Assembly: GCA_044344255.1 (NCBI GenBank)
Contig: JBIJDH010000003.1
Coordinates: 512,001 to 576,000 of the forward strand
Direction of reading: 5' to 3'
Length of the DNA stretch: 64,000 nt
From: Myxococcota bacterium
GTDB taxonomy: Bacteria > Myxococcota_A > UBA796 > UBA2385
The notes below the pieces were generated by a model, which ran no database searches, had not been told where the DNA came from, and saw nothing but the letters and a program-made list of their open reading frames with translations. Within the stretch, counting starts at the first letter, position 1. Every line of letters starts with the position of its first letter. The position numbers were made by a program, and so were the translations under genes. This document shows positions 49,127 to 58,943 of this stretch, in pieces.

Positions 49127-50493
49127 TTGGCACCTCCGGCCACGGGCACGACCGTGACGATCACGCGGTTGTCGGCCCGGACGGTCTCGGCGTAGGTCTT
49201 CTGGATGGACTCCGGGGTGACGGCGTCGTAGCGGGCGAAGTCCTTCGGGAGGAAGCCCGCGTCCCCGGCGATCGTGTGGTAGTAGTTGAGCAGGTCGGCC
49301 TTTCCGCCGAAGCCGCCGATCTTCTCGAGGCCGCGAAGCGTGTCGGCCTGCCACTGGCGGCGGGCCCGCTCCACCTCGGCGGCCGTCGGTGCCTGCTTGG
49401 TGAGGGCTTCGATGACGGGCCAGGCGGCCTTCTCGAGGCTCTCGGGGGTCTGGCCCTTGTTGCCGGTGATGCCGATCTCGAGGATGGAGCCTTGCACCTG
49501 GGAGTACCAGGCGACGCTGACCTCTTGGGCGATCGGCTTGTCGAGGACGAGCGCCTTCTCGAGGCGCCCCGTCTTCTCCAGGCCGAGGATGGTGGCTGCG
49601 AGCGCCATCTCGGCGTCGCCGGCCTGCATCGCGCGGGGCCCGATCCACGCGAAGTAGACCTTCGGGAGCTCGACCTCATCCTCCACCGTGGCCCGCCGCT
49701 CGGCGGTGATCGGCTGGGTGGTGATGTTGAGGGGAGGGGGCTCGCCACCCTTCGGGATGGAGCCGAAGTACTTCTCGACGAGCGGCTTGAGCGTCGCCGG
49801 ATCAAAGTCTCCGGCGATCACGAGGCTCGTATTGTTGGGCGTGTAGTACGACTTGAAGAAGCTCTTCACGTCGTCGAGGGAGGCGGCCTCGAGGTCGGCG
49901 TGCGAGCCGATCACGTAGCTGCCATAAGGGTGGCTGTTTGGGAAGAGGAGCTGGAACAGCTTCTCCTCACCGGGCACGTAGGGCACGTTCTCGACCGACT
50001 GCTGGCGCTCCTTGCGGACCACCGCCTTCTGGTTGTCGAGCCGCTCCTGAGTGAGCGTGTCGAGCAGGAAGCCCATCCGGTCGCTCTCCAACCACAGGGC
50101 CAGCTCGAGCTGGTTGCTCGGCACGGTCTCGAAGTAGTTGGTGCGGTCGAAGTCGGTCGTGCCGTTCACATCGGCGACACCGGCGGCCTCGAGCTTGGGA
50201 AAGAACTGGTCTTCCGGCACGTTCCTCGAGCCCTGGAACATGATGTGCTCGAAGAGGTGGGCGAAGCCGGACTTTCCGGGCGTCTCGTAGCCGGCCCCCG
50301 TCTTGTACCAGAGGTCGACCGCCACGAGGGGCAGCCGGTGGTCTTCGGTCGCGATGACGGTGAGGCCGTTGGGCAAGGTCCAGGTCTCGAAGCGGAGCTC
50401 CGGCGGCGCGGACTTCGGGGCTTCGGCCTGGGCGACGGACAGGTTCGCCGCCAAGAGTGCTGGGATGAGAGAGACCATCGCGGGCAAGAGCAC
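49123..50493 (-). CDS. M16 family zinc peptidase, catalytic subunit
   Basis: LPNGLTVI, GFAHLFEHIMFQGS, NGTTDFDRTNYFE and LWLESDRM, with a signal peptide. Confidence 0.95.
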   Translation of the reverse strand: MLLPAMVSLIPALLAANLSVAQAEAPKSAPPELRFETWTLPNGLTVIATEDHRLPLVAVDLWYKTGAGYETPGKSGFAHLFEHIMFQGSRNVPEDQFFPKLEAAGVADVNGTTDFDRTNYFETVPSNQLELALWLESDRMGFLLDTLTQERLDNQKAVVRKERQQSVENVPYVPGEEKLFQLLFPNSHPYGSYVIGSHADLEAASLDDVKSFFKSYYTPNNTSLVIAGDFDPATLKPLVEKYFGSIPKGGEPPPLNITTQPITAERRATVEDEVELPKVYFAWIGPRAMQAGDAEMALAATILGLEKTGRLEKALVLDKPIAQEVSVAWYSQVQGSILEIGITGNKGQTPESLEKAAWPVIEALTKQAPTAAEVERARRQWQADTLRGLEKIGGFGGKADLLNYYHTIAGDAGFLPKDFARYDAVTPESIQKTYAETVRADNRVIVTVVPVAGGAK

Positions 50494-50662
50494 CTCCGTG
50501 GGCCGGCCGGCTTAACGCCCTACGCGGTCCGGTGGAAGCAGGGGGTGTCCGCGGGACAGGAAAGGTTCACGATCGGGCGAAGCCGCTTCGGCGCTCCCGC
50601 CGAAGGCTCCGGGAACCGCTGGCGGGGAGCGATGTCAGGGAGTCGTGAACCCTGGAGGTCCC

Positions 50663-50914
50663 ATGCCCATCTTCCTCGCCCTCGTCGCGCTGCTCCCGGT
50701 CGCCTTTGCCCAGGCTGAAGAGCCCGAAGGGCCCCACATCACCTACCGCCCCGTCACCGAGCTCGACCTCGAGGAGGTCACCGTCGAAGGTTCGGTGGTG
50801 CGGCCCCCCATGAGCTTCATCCAGGAGGCGAAGCACAAAGGGTTCCCGCCGATGATCGCGCTTCGACTGAATTTTGACGAGGACCTCCGCGCCTCGGTTG
50901 ACGCCGTCCGCTGA
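50663..50914 (+). CDS. Small exported CglF/GltF-like gliding motility protein
   Basis: GGAGG RBS, signal peptide, and ITYRPVTELDLEEVTVEGSVVRP...F..MI.LR.NF...L..S, which resembles the CglF/GltF pattern. Confidence 0.7.
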   Translation: MPIFLALVALLPVAFAQAEEPEGPHITYRPVTELDLEEVTVEGSVVRPPMSFIQEAKHKGFPPMIALRLNFDEDLRASVDAVR

Positions 50915-51005
50915 GCGGAGGGGTCTGGAGGGAGTGGTCTGGAGGGCGGGGAGGGAGAGCGGCGCTAGTGTAGCGGGTCTCGGCATCCGGCGGTAAATTC
51001 AGGGA

Positions 51006-52316
51006 ATGCCTGCTCACCGCACCTCTCGCTCGGCCCTCATGGGCGCCACCCTCCTCTCCACCCTCCTGTTCGGCGCCTGCGGCGATGACAAGGGTGGTTC
51101 GGGTAACCCCGAGAGCAGCGCCTTCGAGGGCGGAGGCGCGGAGGGTGTCACGTACTATCGAGACGTGAAGCCCCTGATGGACCGCTCCTGCGTGCGATGC
51201 CACGTGGACGGGGGGATCAGCACCCCGCTCACCGACCCCGCCGCGGTGGTGGGGCTCGCAGATCGAATCGGGGCCTATGTGGCCTCCGGCTACATGCCCC
51301 CTCCGGCTCCCGACCCCACCTGCCGCCCCTACGACGGCTCCGAGGTCTTCCACCTGACCGACGCCGAGCGGGCGGTCTTCTCGGCGTGGATCGAGGGTGG
51401 CGCCCCCCTCGGTGACCCCAGCGATGCCCCGGACACGTTCCCGGCCGAGGCCGCGAGCTCGGACCTCAGCTACGATCTCGTCCTCCGTCCGCCGGCGCCT
51501 ACCTCGCCCGTCTTCGACGAGACCGGCAACGGCTACACTTGCTTCGTGGTCTCCACCGGGAGCGAGGAGGCGGTCAAGGCCTCCGCGTTCGTACCCTTGG
51601 TGGATAACGACCAGATCGTGCACCACATCGTGCTCTTCGGCTCTACGGACGGGCGCGGGATCCCCGACGACGAGACGGCCACCACCGGCTTCACCTGCAA
51701 CGGCCTCGGTGGTCCGGGCTGGCTGCCAGTCACCGCATGGGGCCCGGGGAACCAGACCACGCAGTTCCCGGACGGCGCGGCCTTCACGCTGGTGCCCACC
51801 ACCCAGTACATCCTCCAGATGCACTACTACGAGAGCTACGAAGGCGCTGCGACCGCCACCGATCAGACTGGCTACGGCGTCATCCTCGACGATTCGGCTG
51901 ATCGGGCCGTGATCACCGCTCCCTTTGGGCCCACCTCCTTCCGGATCCCGGCTGGCGCGGAGGCCTACTCCAAGGGGGACACCGTCACCTGGAGCTACGG
52001 AGACTACGAGATCCTCGGCTCCTGGCCGCACATGCACGTGCTCGGCAGCGGCTTTCAGCAGAAGATCCTCCGTGCGGACGGCTCCGAGGACTGTCTGCTC
52101 CAAATGGACGACTGGGACTTCCACAGTCAGGTCACCGCGATGTTCAACGAGGCGGCGCCCATCACCTCGGGCGACAAGATCGTGACCACTTGCACCTGGG
52201 ACAACTCCGAGGACAACCCGGCTCAGGTCAACGACCCTGTCCAGGAGGTCACCTTCGGCGAGGGGACCGCGGACGAGATGTGCTTCGCCTTCACCTACAT
52301 CACCGCCGCCCGCTGA
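51006..52316 (+). CDS. Lipoprotein: c-type heme (CxxCH) domain plus copper type II ascorbate-dependent monooxygenase domains
   Basis: Lipobox LFGAC, CVRCH, YMPP, VHHIVLF, LQMHY, WPHMH, WDFHSQ and GEGTADEMC. Confidence 0.88.
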   Translation: MPAHRTSRSALMGATLLSTLLFGACGDDKGGSGNPESSAFEGGGAEGVTYYRDVKPLMDRSCVRCHVDGGISTPLTDPAAVVGLADRIGAYVASGYMPPPAPDPTCRPYDGSEVFHLTDAERAVFSAWIEGGAPLGDPSDAPDTFPAEAASSDLSYDLVLRPPAPTSPVFDETGNGYTCFVVSTGSEEAVKASAFVPLVDNDQIVHHIVLFGSTDGRGIPDDETATTGFTCNGLGGPGWLPVTAWGPGNQTTQFPDGAAFTLVPTTQYILQMHYYESYEGAATATDQTGYGVILDDSADRAVITAPFGPTSFRIPAGAEAYSKGDTVTWSYGDYEILGSWPHMHVLGSGFQQKILRADGSEDCLLQMDDWDFHSQVTAMFNEAAPITSGDKIVTTCTWDNSEDNPAQVNDPVQEVTFGEGTADEMCFAFTYITAAR

Positions 52317-52464
52317 GGCGCCCCCGAAGGTCCGGAGGGTGAGTTCACACAGGGGCCTGTGAGCACGCCCCCGGTGAGGTCGTGGGGCGCTCGGAGGGAG
52401 GCGCCCTATCGGCGGCCGGGCCTAGGCATGTTTCGTGCTGTGCGCTTCGTCGACCGAGGTGTGC

Positions 52465-53820
52465 ATGAGCGATTGGAGCTTCAGGACGATCATCGAGCCC
52501 TTCCGCATCAAGGCGGTCGAGCCCATCCCGATCCTCGATCGGAAGACCCGCGCCGCGGCCCTTGAACGAGGGGGCTACAACCTGTTCAAGCTGCACGCCG
52601 ATGAGGTCACCATCGACCTCCTCACCGACTCCGGCACCGGCGCGATGAGCGACGCCCAGTGGGCGGGCATGATGATGGGGGACGAGACCTACGCGGGCAG
52701 CCGCTCCTTCGCGCACTTCGAGGCGGTGCTCCAGCGGCTCACCGGTTTCCCGGTGATCTTCCCCGTGCACCAGGGGCGGGCCGCCGAGCGGATCTTGGCC
52801 ACGACCCTGCTCGGGCCGGGCAAGGTCGTGCTCAACAACACCCACTTCGACACCACGCGAGCGAACATCGAGCATGCCGGCGCTGGCGCGGTCGACCTCC
52901 CGGTCGCCTCGGCCGCCGAGCCGGCGAACCCCGCCCCCTTCAAGGGGGACATGGACCTCGCCGCCCTCGACGCCGCCCTCCAGGAGCACGGCGACCGGGT
53001 GGCGATGGTCATGTTGACCATGACCAACAACGCCGCCGGAGGGCAGCCGGTGAGCATGGCCAACGTCGAGGCGGTGAGCGCGCGTTGCCGCCGGGCGGGG
53101 GTCCCCTTCTACATCGACGCCGCCCGGTTCGCGGAGAACGCCTGGTTCATCCGAGAGCGCGAGCCCGGCTACCGCGAATGGAACCTCGCCGACATCGCCC
53201 GCCGCTTCTTCGATCTGGCGGACGGCTGCACGCTCTCGGCTAAGAAGGACGGCATCGCAAACATCGGCGGGGTGCTCGCCACCCGTCTGCCCGACCACGC
53301 CGATCGCTTCCGCAATGAGCTCATCGTCGGTGAGGGCTTCCCCACCTATGGCGGCCTCGCCGGGCGCGATCTCGAGGCCATCGCCATCGGCCTCGAGGAG
53401 GCCCTGAACGTCGACTATCTTCGCTACCGGGTGCGGACGGTGTCCTACCTCGCGCAGGGCCTTGAGGCGGTGGGGATCCCCGTCGTTCACCCCTCGGGAG
53501 GCCACGCCGTCTATGTCGACGCGGCCCGCCTCCTCCCGCACATCCCCGCCTCGCGCTTCCCCGGGCAGGCCCTGGCGACCGCGCTGTACCTCGAAGGCGG
53601 AGTCCGGAGCTGCGAGATCGGCAGCTTGATGTTCCCGGCGGCCCGCCTGCAGCTTGTCCGCCTCGCGCTGCCGCGCCGCACCTATACGCAGGCCCACATC
53701 GACTATGTGATCGAGGTCGCGGAGCGGGTGGCCATGCACAAGGGCGAGCTGCAGGGCTACCGCATCGTGAAAGAGCCGCCCTTGCTCCGGCACTTCACGG
53801 CCGAGCTCGCCCCGATCTGA
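52465..53820 (+). CDS. tnaA: Tryptophanase (PLP beta-eliminating lyase)
   Basis: EPFRIKAVEPI, DLLTDSGTGAMS, HQGRAAE, SAKKDG and PTYGGLAGRD. SAKK and LRHFTA favour Trpase over tyrosine phenol-lyase (SGKK/LRFF). Confidence 0.88.
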   Translation: MSDWSFRTIIEPFRIKAVEPIPILDRKTRAAALERGGYNLFKLHADEVTIDLLTDSGTGAMSDAQWAGMMMGDETYAGSRSFAHFEAVLQRLTGFPVIFPVHQGRAAERILATTLLGPGKVVLNNTHFDTTRANIEHAGAGAVDLPVASAAEPANPAPFKGDMDLAALDAALQEHGDRVAMVMLTMTNNAAGGQPVSMANVEAVSARCRRAGVPFYIDAARFAENAWFIREREPGYREWNLADIARRFFDLADGCTLSAKKDGIANIGGVLATRLPDHADRFRNELIVGEGFPTYGGLAGRDLEAIAIGLEEALNVDYLRYRVRTVSYLAQGLEAVGIPVVHPSGGHAVYVDAARLLPHIPASRFPGQALATALYLEGGVRSCEIGSLMFPAARLQLVRLALPRRTYTQAHIDYVIEVAERVAMHKGELQGYRIVKEPPLLRHFTAELAPI

Positions 53821-53823
53821 GCC

Positions 53824-55263
53824 TCAGCCCGGGAGGGTCACAGCGTCTGGGTTCGGCACGGCGAGGCGGGTGAGCTGCCGCTCCATCCAAGGGGCGCGCA
53901 GGCGGTGGTAGACCGCGCCCACCATCCGCCGCGCGCTCTGGCGCCCGGGCCGCTGGACCAGCGCTCGCAGCGCCAGATCGGCTCGGCTTCCGGAGTGGGT
54001 CGAGCGCAGGAGCTCCTTTGCGGCGTCGTAGAAGGGCTGCGGGTAGGGCGCCGGGAAGAGCGTGCGGTTCTCCATCGAGGCCTCCCAGCTCGTCCCGAGG
54101 AGGTGGTCCCGAACCCGCTCGTAGAACACGGTGTTCGGCAAGGGGTAGCTGACGCTGACCCCGATCTCGTCCGGGCGGAGGGTTCGCACGAGGTCAATGG
54201 TGGACCGTACGTCGGCGAGGGTCTCGCCCGGGTAGCCGAGCTGGAGGAAGAAGCCGACGGCGACGCCGCGCCGGTGCAGGTTCTCGGTGGCTCGTCGGAT
54301 CTCGGCCACGGTCCCGTCCTTGTCCATCCGCCGCAGCACGGTGTCTGCCCCGCTCTCGGCGCCGATCCAGACCCGGTCGCAGCCGGAGGCGGCGAGATCG
54401 TCGACCACCGCGGGGTCCTGGAGGAGGTCGGCCCGGGAGAGGCAGCGGTAGGGGAGGGGAGGGGCGCCAGCGGCCTCGATCGCTACCCGGAAGGCGCGGA
54501 GCCAGGCGGGACGGAGGCCGAAGATGTCGTCGGTGAACCAGAGGCGATCGGGCTGATAACGGGCCCGCAAGAGCGAGATCTCGGCCGCCACGGCTTCGGC
54601 GGACCGGACGTGGTAGCTCCGTCCCCAGGTGGGCTTGGCGCACCAGTTGCAGCGGAAGGGGCAGCCGCGGGCCGTCCAGACGTTCATCTCCCAGTGCCCG
54701 TGGCGCGCCCTCCACCGTCGAGCGTACTGGGCGAGGTCCACCAGCTCCCAGGCCGGTAGGGGGAGGTTGTCGAGGTCGGTGATCACCGGCCGCCGGCCGC
54801 CCGGGCCGCCCTCGCCGTGCAGGCCGAGGAGGTCGCGGCGGCCTTCGGCCCACTCGACGAGGGCGAGGGTGGGGTCTCCCACGAAGGCGGCGCTGGCACC
54901 GGCGGCGAGGTGCTCGGCGGGGCGGTCCGAGACGTCGGGCCCCGCGACGAAGACGGGGAGGCCGCGTCGACGGCAGGCCGCGGCCATCGCCTGCTGCGCC
55001 CGGCGGATTCGACCGAGGCACTGCTTGATCTGGACAGAGTGGTCGTCTGCGAGGATCGCGACCCGCTCTGGGCGTTCGCGGTCGAGCACCGACTCGAAGC
55101 CCCCCTCGTCGACCTCGAACATGGGGTCCCAAAAGCGCACCACGTGGCCGCGCGCTCGTAGAGCCGCCCCCGCCACGAGCGTGGAGAGGGGGCTATACGG
55201 CCGCCCGAGCGCCGCCTCCCGGGGATCCAGCGCCAGAACGTATGGGTGGGTGAGGAGGAGCAT
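53824..55263 (-). CDS. B12-binding radical SAM protein
   Basis: TARGCPFRCNWC, WFTDDIF, VWIGAESG and LGYPGET, with an N-terminal B12-binding-like domain. Confidence 0.92.
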   Translation of the reverse strand: MLLLTHPYVLALDPREAALGRPYSPLSTLVAGAALRARGHVVRFWDPMFEVDEGGFESVLDRERPERVAILADDHSVQIKQCLGRIRRAQQAMAAACRRRGLPVFVAGPDVSDRPAEHLAAGASAAFVGDPTLALVEWAEGRRDLLGLHGEGGPGGRRPVITDLDNLPLPAWELVDLAQYARRWRARHGHWEMNVWTARGCPFRCNWCAKPTWGRSYHVRSAEAVAAEISLLRARYQPDRLWFTDDIFGLRPAWLRAFRVAIEAAGAPPLPYRCLSRADLLQDPAVVDDLAASGCDRVWIGAESGADTVLRRMDKDGTVAEIRRATENLHRRGVAVGFFLQLGYPGETLADVRSTIDLVRTLRPDEIGVSVSYPLPNTVFYERVRDHLLGTSWEASMENRTLFPAPYPQPFYDAAKELLRSTHSGSRADLALRALVQRPGRQSARRMVGAVYHRLRAPWMERQLTRLAVPNPDAVTLPG

Positions 55264-55314
55264 GGGCAACTCTACCCCAGCCAGACCGCCGCGGCGGGGC
55301 GCCCGCGGTCGCGC

Positions 55315-56628
55315 TCAGGGGGTGAGCGTGCCCGCCCCGTTGATCGACCAGCGATGGTCGATCATGGTGTACTGATCGGCGTTGTCCGCGATGAGCCGGA
55401 GGTTCGGATCGGTCAAGGCGTCGACGCGGAGCTCGTACTCGGACAGGTCTCCGGCGCAGGCCCCTTGCGACATCACCACCACCTGCCAGGTGCCGCCCGT
55501 AGAGTCGAACTTCATCGACGGACAGTCGGCGCTGCCCGAATCATCCACCGGCCAGGTGCAGACGAAGCTGCTCCAGGCCTGGCCGACCGTGCAGCTCTCG
55601 CCGTCGTTGAGCCAGAAGGTGGGGTCAAAGGCGGTGGTGGGGTCGGAGGTGTCGATGGAGACCGCGACCGTCTCGCCGGCCACGGTGTCAATCTCCCACA
55701 CGTCGAGGATCTCGCCGTCCGACCACCAGCCATAGGAGTAGGGCTCGGGGGGCACATCACCGCCGCCACCGCCGCCGTCATAGTATCCGTAGCCGGTGTA
55801 GTAGGTGCCGCAGTCGAGGTCAGAGAGGTCCGCGAAGTCCCCGCCGTAGTTCGTCGTACCTTCGCGGAAGGCGCCGTAGACGGCCTCAGGGCGTCCGTCT
55901 GCGCCGTAGTCTTCATAGCCGTAGTAGCTTCCGCAATAGTCTCGGTAGTTCGCCTGGTAGTCAGACCACCCGTAGGACATGCTCCACGCGATCTGATCAC
56001 CGTCCCGGGTGAAGGACGACTCCCAGGGGACCCCTCCGCCCGCGACGGGGATCCACACGGTCTCGGCCGGGGGCGGCGCCGCGGTGTCCGGCTCTCCGCC
56101 ATCGTCGTAGCCGGGCTCGTCGTAGCCGTAGTAGCCGGTGAAGCCCACGATCAGGACGTCGGAGAAGGTCTCGCCGTACCAGGTGAGCTCGTTCGAGTGC
56201 CCGATGCGCAGGTCGCGGTAGGCGCCGCCCTCCTCGACCAGGGAGAGCAGGGGCGAGAGCCCACAGTCGGCGGGCGCGTCCCCCGACGCCACCACCCCGT
56301 CGGTGGAGAAGGCGAAGTCGCAGTCCGGGCAGACGCCGGTGTATTCGGCGCCAGAGACCGCGACGGTGCCCGCGCAGGACTCGACGTCGTCTTCGGAGGA
56401 GGACCAAGTGATCGTCCCCTCGAAGGCGCCGAGGTCAGCGTCGGCGTCCGCGTCGCTGTCGGCGTCGGTGTCCGCGTCACTGTCGGCGTCGGCGTCTCCT
56501 TCCTGACGGCCGTCGTTGTCCGGTTCGGCCTTCGGATCACAGGCCGTGAGGCCGAGTGCGCCGAGGCTGAGGATCGAGAGTGCGGCCCACCACGAGCGGG
56601 GGAGGGGTGTGGCAGAGGTCGTGCGCAT
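55315..56628 (-). CDS. Acidic lipoprotein with DADxD repeats and C-terminal PPC-like domain
   Basis: Lipobox LGLTAC, DADADSDADTDADSDADADAD, and GETVAVSIDT....FDPTFWL. Confidence 0.75.
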   Translation of the reverse strand: MRTTSATPLPRSWWAALSILSLGALGLTACDPKAEPDNDGRQEGDADADSDADTDADSDADADADLGAFEGTITWSSSEDDVESCAGTVAVSGAEYTGVCPDCDFAFSTDGVVASGDAPADCGLSPLLSLVEEGGAYRDLRIGHSNELTWYGETFSDVLIVGFTGYYGYDEPGYDDGGEPDTAAPPPAETVWIPVAGGGVPWESSFTRDGDQIAWSMSYGWSDYQANYRDYCGSYYGYEDYGADGRPEAVYGAFREGTTNYGGDFADLSDLDCGTYYTGYGYYDGGGGGGDVPPEPYSYGWWSDGEILDVWEIDTVAGETVAVSIDTSDPTTAFDPTFWLNDGESCTVGQAWSSFVCTWPVDDSGSADCPSMKFDSTGGTWQVVVMSQGACAGDLSEYELRVDALTDPNLRLIADNADQYTMIDHRWSINGAGTLTP

Positions 56629-56821
56629 GTCTTCTCCGGGCAAGGCGACCCGAAACCCCGCCCCGTCGGCACCTCGCTCAATCGGCCGTAGGCCCGGCGG
56701 AGGCGGCGTTCGAAGCAGGGCGGCGCGTCCGTGCGGCCCGTGCAGAAGGTAACCGAAAAGAGGGCGATCGGCGGGGGAGCGGTCGGACTTCTTCTGGAGG
56801 ATGTGCGTGGACCGCCCAGGC

Positions 56822-58942
56822 TCAGACGCCGATCAGTCCGGCCTGGCGCACCTTCGCCCAGCGCCGCTCGAAGCGCCTCCACTCGCCGGGGAAGGTGGCC
56901 AGGGCGGCGTCGAAGGTCAGGTGCTCGGCAGCCTTTGGGCTGGCGGCGTCGAGCAGCTCGGAGAGCCACTCGCGCTCCTCCGGGCTCCCCGCGATCTCGA
57001 CCTCCTCGTCGATCCCGTGCAACACGAGGCCCGCTGCCGACTCCAACACGGCGCCGCCGAGCCAGATGAGGCGCTCCCCCGGCTGGATGGGCACGGGCTT
57101 GCCGCTGACGGCCTGGCGGACACGGTCGCGCGGCTCACGGCTCCGCGGCACCTTTCCGGAGAACCAGGCGTCGACCGGCTTTTCGAGGTCTTGGCCGCGC
57201 TTCCAGGCCTCCAGAGCGGCCACGAGCGGCTCGTCGAAGCGGTCGTGATCGGCGCCCGTGGGGTCCTCGTGGGGGATGTCGTTGGAGGCGAAGGTGCCCT
57301 CGGGCACGGTGAAGCGCACCTTGTAGCGGGAGGGGTCGCGGAAGACCGCGGAGTGTCGGGTGAGCACGAAGCGGTGCCAGAAGGCGCTGTTCAGCAGCCC
57401 CTCCTCGAAGAGCTGACGCACCACCTCCATGCTCGAGAGGGTCTCCTCGGCGGTCTCGGTGGGGAAGCCGTACATGAGGTAGGCGTGGACGAGGACCCCG
57501 GCCTCGCGGAAGGCCCGGCAGGCGCGCGCGGCCTGCTCGACGGTGATGCCCTTCTCCATGAGGAGGAGCAGGCGGTCGCTCGCCACCTCGAGCCCCCCGG
57601 TGACCGCGATGAGGCCGGCGGCGGCCAGGAGGCGGCAGAGATCGGGCGTGAAGGTTCGCTCGAAGCGGATGTTCCCCCAGAAGGAGACGGTGAGGTCGCG
57701 GCGGAGGAGCTCCAGGGCCAGCTCCCGAAGGAGCTTCGGCGGCGCCGCCTCATCGACGAGGTGGAAGCCGCTGCAGCCGGTCTCTTCGATGACCTGCTCC
57801 ATCTGGTCGACCAAATCTGCGATGCGTGCAGGCTCGTATCGTGCGATATAGTCAAGGTTAATATCGCAGAATGCGCAACGTTTCCAGTAGCACCCGTGCG
57901 CCAGGGTCACCTTGTTCCAGCGCCCATCTGACCAGAGGCGGTGCGCGGGGTTCAGCGTGTCCAGCACGTTGATGTAGGTGTCGAGACGGAGGTCGGCGTA
58001 CCAGGCGACCGAGGAGGCAGTGGCGGTGGCGGTGGCGGTGGCGGTGGCGGGCCGCGTGGGCGCCGTGTGGAGGCCAGACGCGCTGCGGGTGCGGAAGCGG
58101 TGGTCGGCGCCGCTGGCGAGCTGCTCGAGGATCGCGAGCAGCGGCCCCTCTCCGTCGTCGTAGGTGAGCGCGTCGATGTTCTCCCAGAGCCGGGGCTCCG
58201 AGACCGAGCGGAGCTCGGTGTTGACGTAGCCCCCGCCCATCACGACGGGCACTCCGGCCGCCTTGAGGCGGCGCCCGATCCGCAGGGCGCCGTACAGGGT
58301 GCCGGGGAAGGGCACCGAGAGGCCCACGAGGTCGGGGCGAGGTCCGTCCAGGAGGCTGTCCGCGAGCTCGTCGAGCCAGTCGTCGAGCAGGGTGTGGCCC
58401 TTGAGGCGCTCGTGCAGGGCGTCGAAGGAGACCGGCCCGACGCAGAGGTGGTGCTGGTAGGCCGCGAGGCTGAAGCCCTCGTCGAGGCAGCTCTGCACGA
58501 GATCGCAGAGGTCCTCGATGTAGAGGGAGGCGAGGTAACGGGCGGCGTCCTCCACCCCCATCGGGCCGAAGTCCTCCGTGCTGGCGGCGTCGAGGCGGGG
58601 CCCCGTCGGAAGGAAGGCCGTGTGGAGGATGCGGGTGGCGAGGGTGCGGTCCTTCCCTTGGAGGAAGCGGAGGACCGGGCCGATGGTCGCCTCGTGACGC
58701 TCGCGCAGGGCGAAAGATCGCCAGGCGGGCTCCGGGAGCTCGTCGGCCTCGGCGCGCTGCTCGATCTGGTCGAAGATCTCGCGGAGGCCCTCACGGGAGA
58801 GGACCCGGCAGACGAGCTCGATGCCGAGGTCGCGCAGGTGCACGCTGTGGCCGGCGTCCCGGAGCGCACGCGCGAGGTAGCCGATCGCCGGGTAGGGCGT
58901 GTTCAACTGCGTGAGCGGCGGGTTGACCAGCGTGACCCGCAT
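56822..58942 (-). CDS. B12-binding radical SAM protein (706 aa)
   Basis: NPPLTQLNTPYPA, LAHGCYWKRCAFCD, FHLVDEAAPP, GGLEVASDR and YLMYGFPTET. Confidence 0.92.
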   Translation of the reverse strand: MRVTLVNPPLTQLNTPYPAIGYLARALRDAGHSVHLRDLGIELVCRVLSREGLREIFDQIEQRAEADELPEPAWRSFALRERHEATIGPVLRFLQGKDRTLATRILHTAFLPTGPRLDAASTEDFGPMGVEDAARYLASLYIEDLCDLVQSCLDEGFSLAAYQHHLCVGPVSFDALHERLKGHTLLDDWLDELADSLLDGPRPDLVGLSVPFPGTLYGALRIGRRLKAAGVPVVMGGGYVNTELRSVSEPRLWENIDALTYDDGEGPLLAILEQLASGADHRFRTRSASGLHTAPTRPATATATATATASSVAWYADLRLDTYINVLDTLNPAHRLWSDGRWNKVTLAHGCYWKRCAFCDINLDYIARYEPARIADLVDQMEQVIEETGCSGFHLVDEAAPPKLLRELALELLRRDLTVSFWGNIRFERTFTPDLCRLLAAAGLIAVTGGLEVASDRLLLLMEKGITVEQAARACRAFREAGVLVHAYLMYGFPTETAEETLSSMEVVRQLFEEGLLNSAFWHRFVLTRHSAVFRDPSRYKVRFTVPEGTFASNDIPHEDPTGADHDRFDEPLVAALEAWKRGQDLEKPVDAWFSGKVPRSREPRDRVRQAVSGKPVPIQPGERLIWLGGAVLESAAGLVLHGIDEEVEIAGSPEEREWLSELLDAASPKAAEHLTFDAALATFPGEWRRFERRWAKVRQAGLIGV
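58020..58049. repeat. Hexamer tandem repeat (GTGGCG)x5 encoding a Thr-Ala linker
   Basis: Seen directly, in frame within the radical SAM gene. Confidence 0.9.
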
Positions 58943-58943
58943 G

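Noticed and set aside
56436..56495. (GCGTCG)-like repeats
   Set aside because: They encode the DADxD acidic linker common in myxobacterial lipoproteins.
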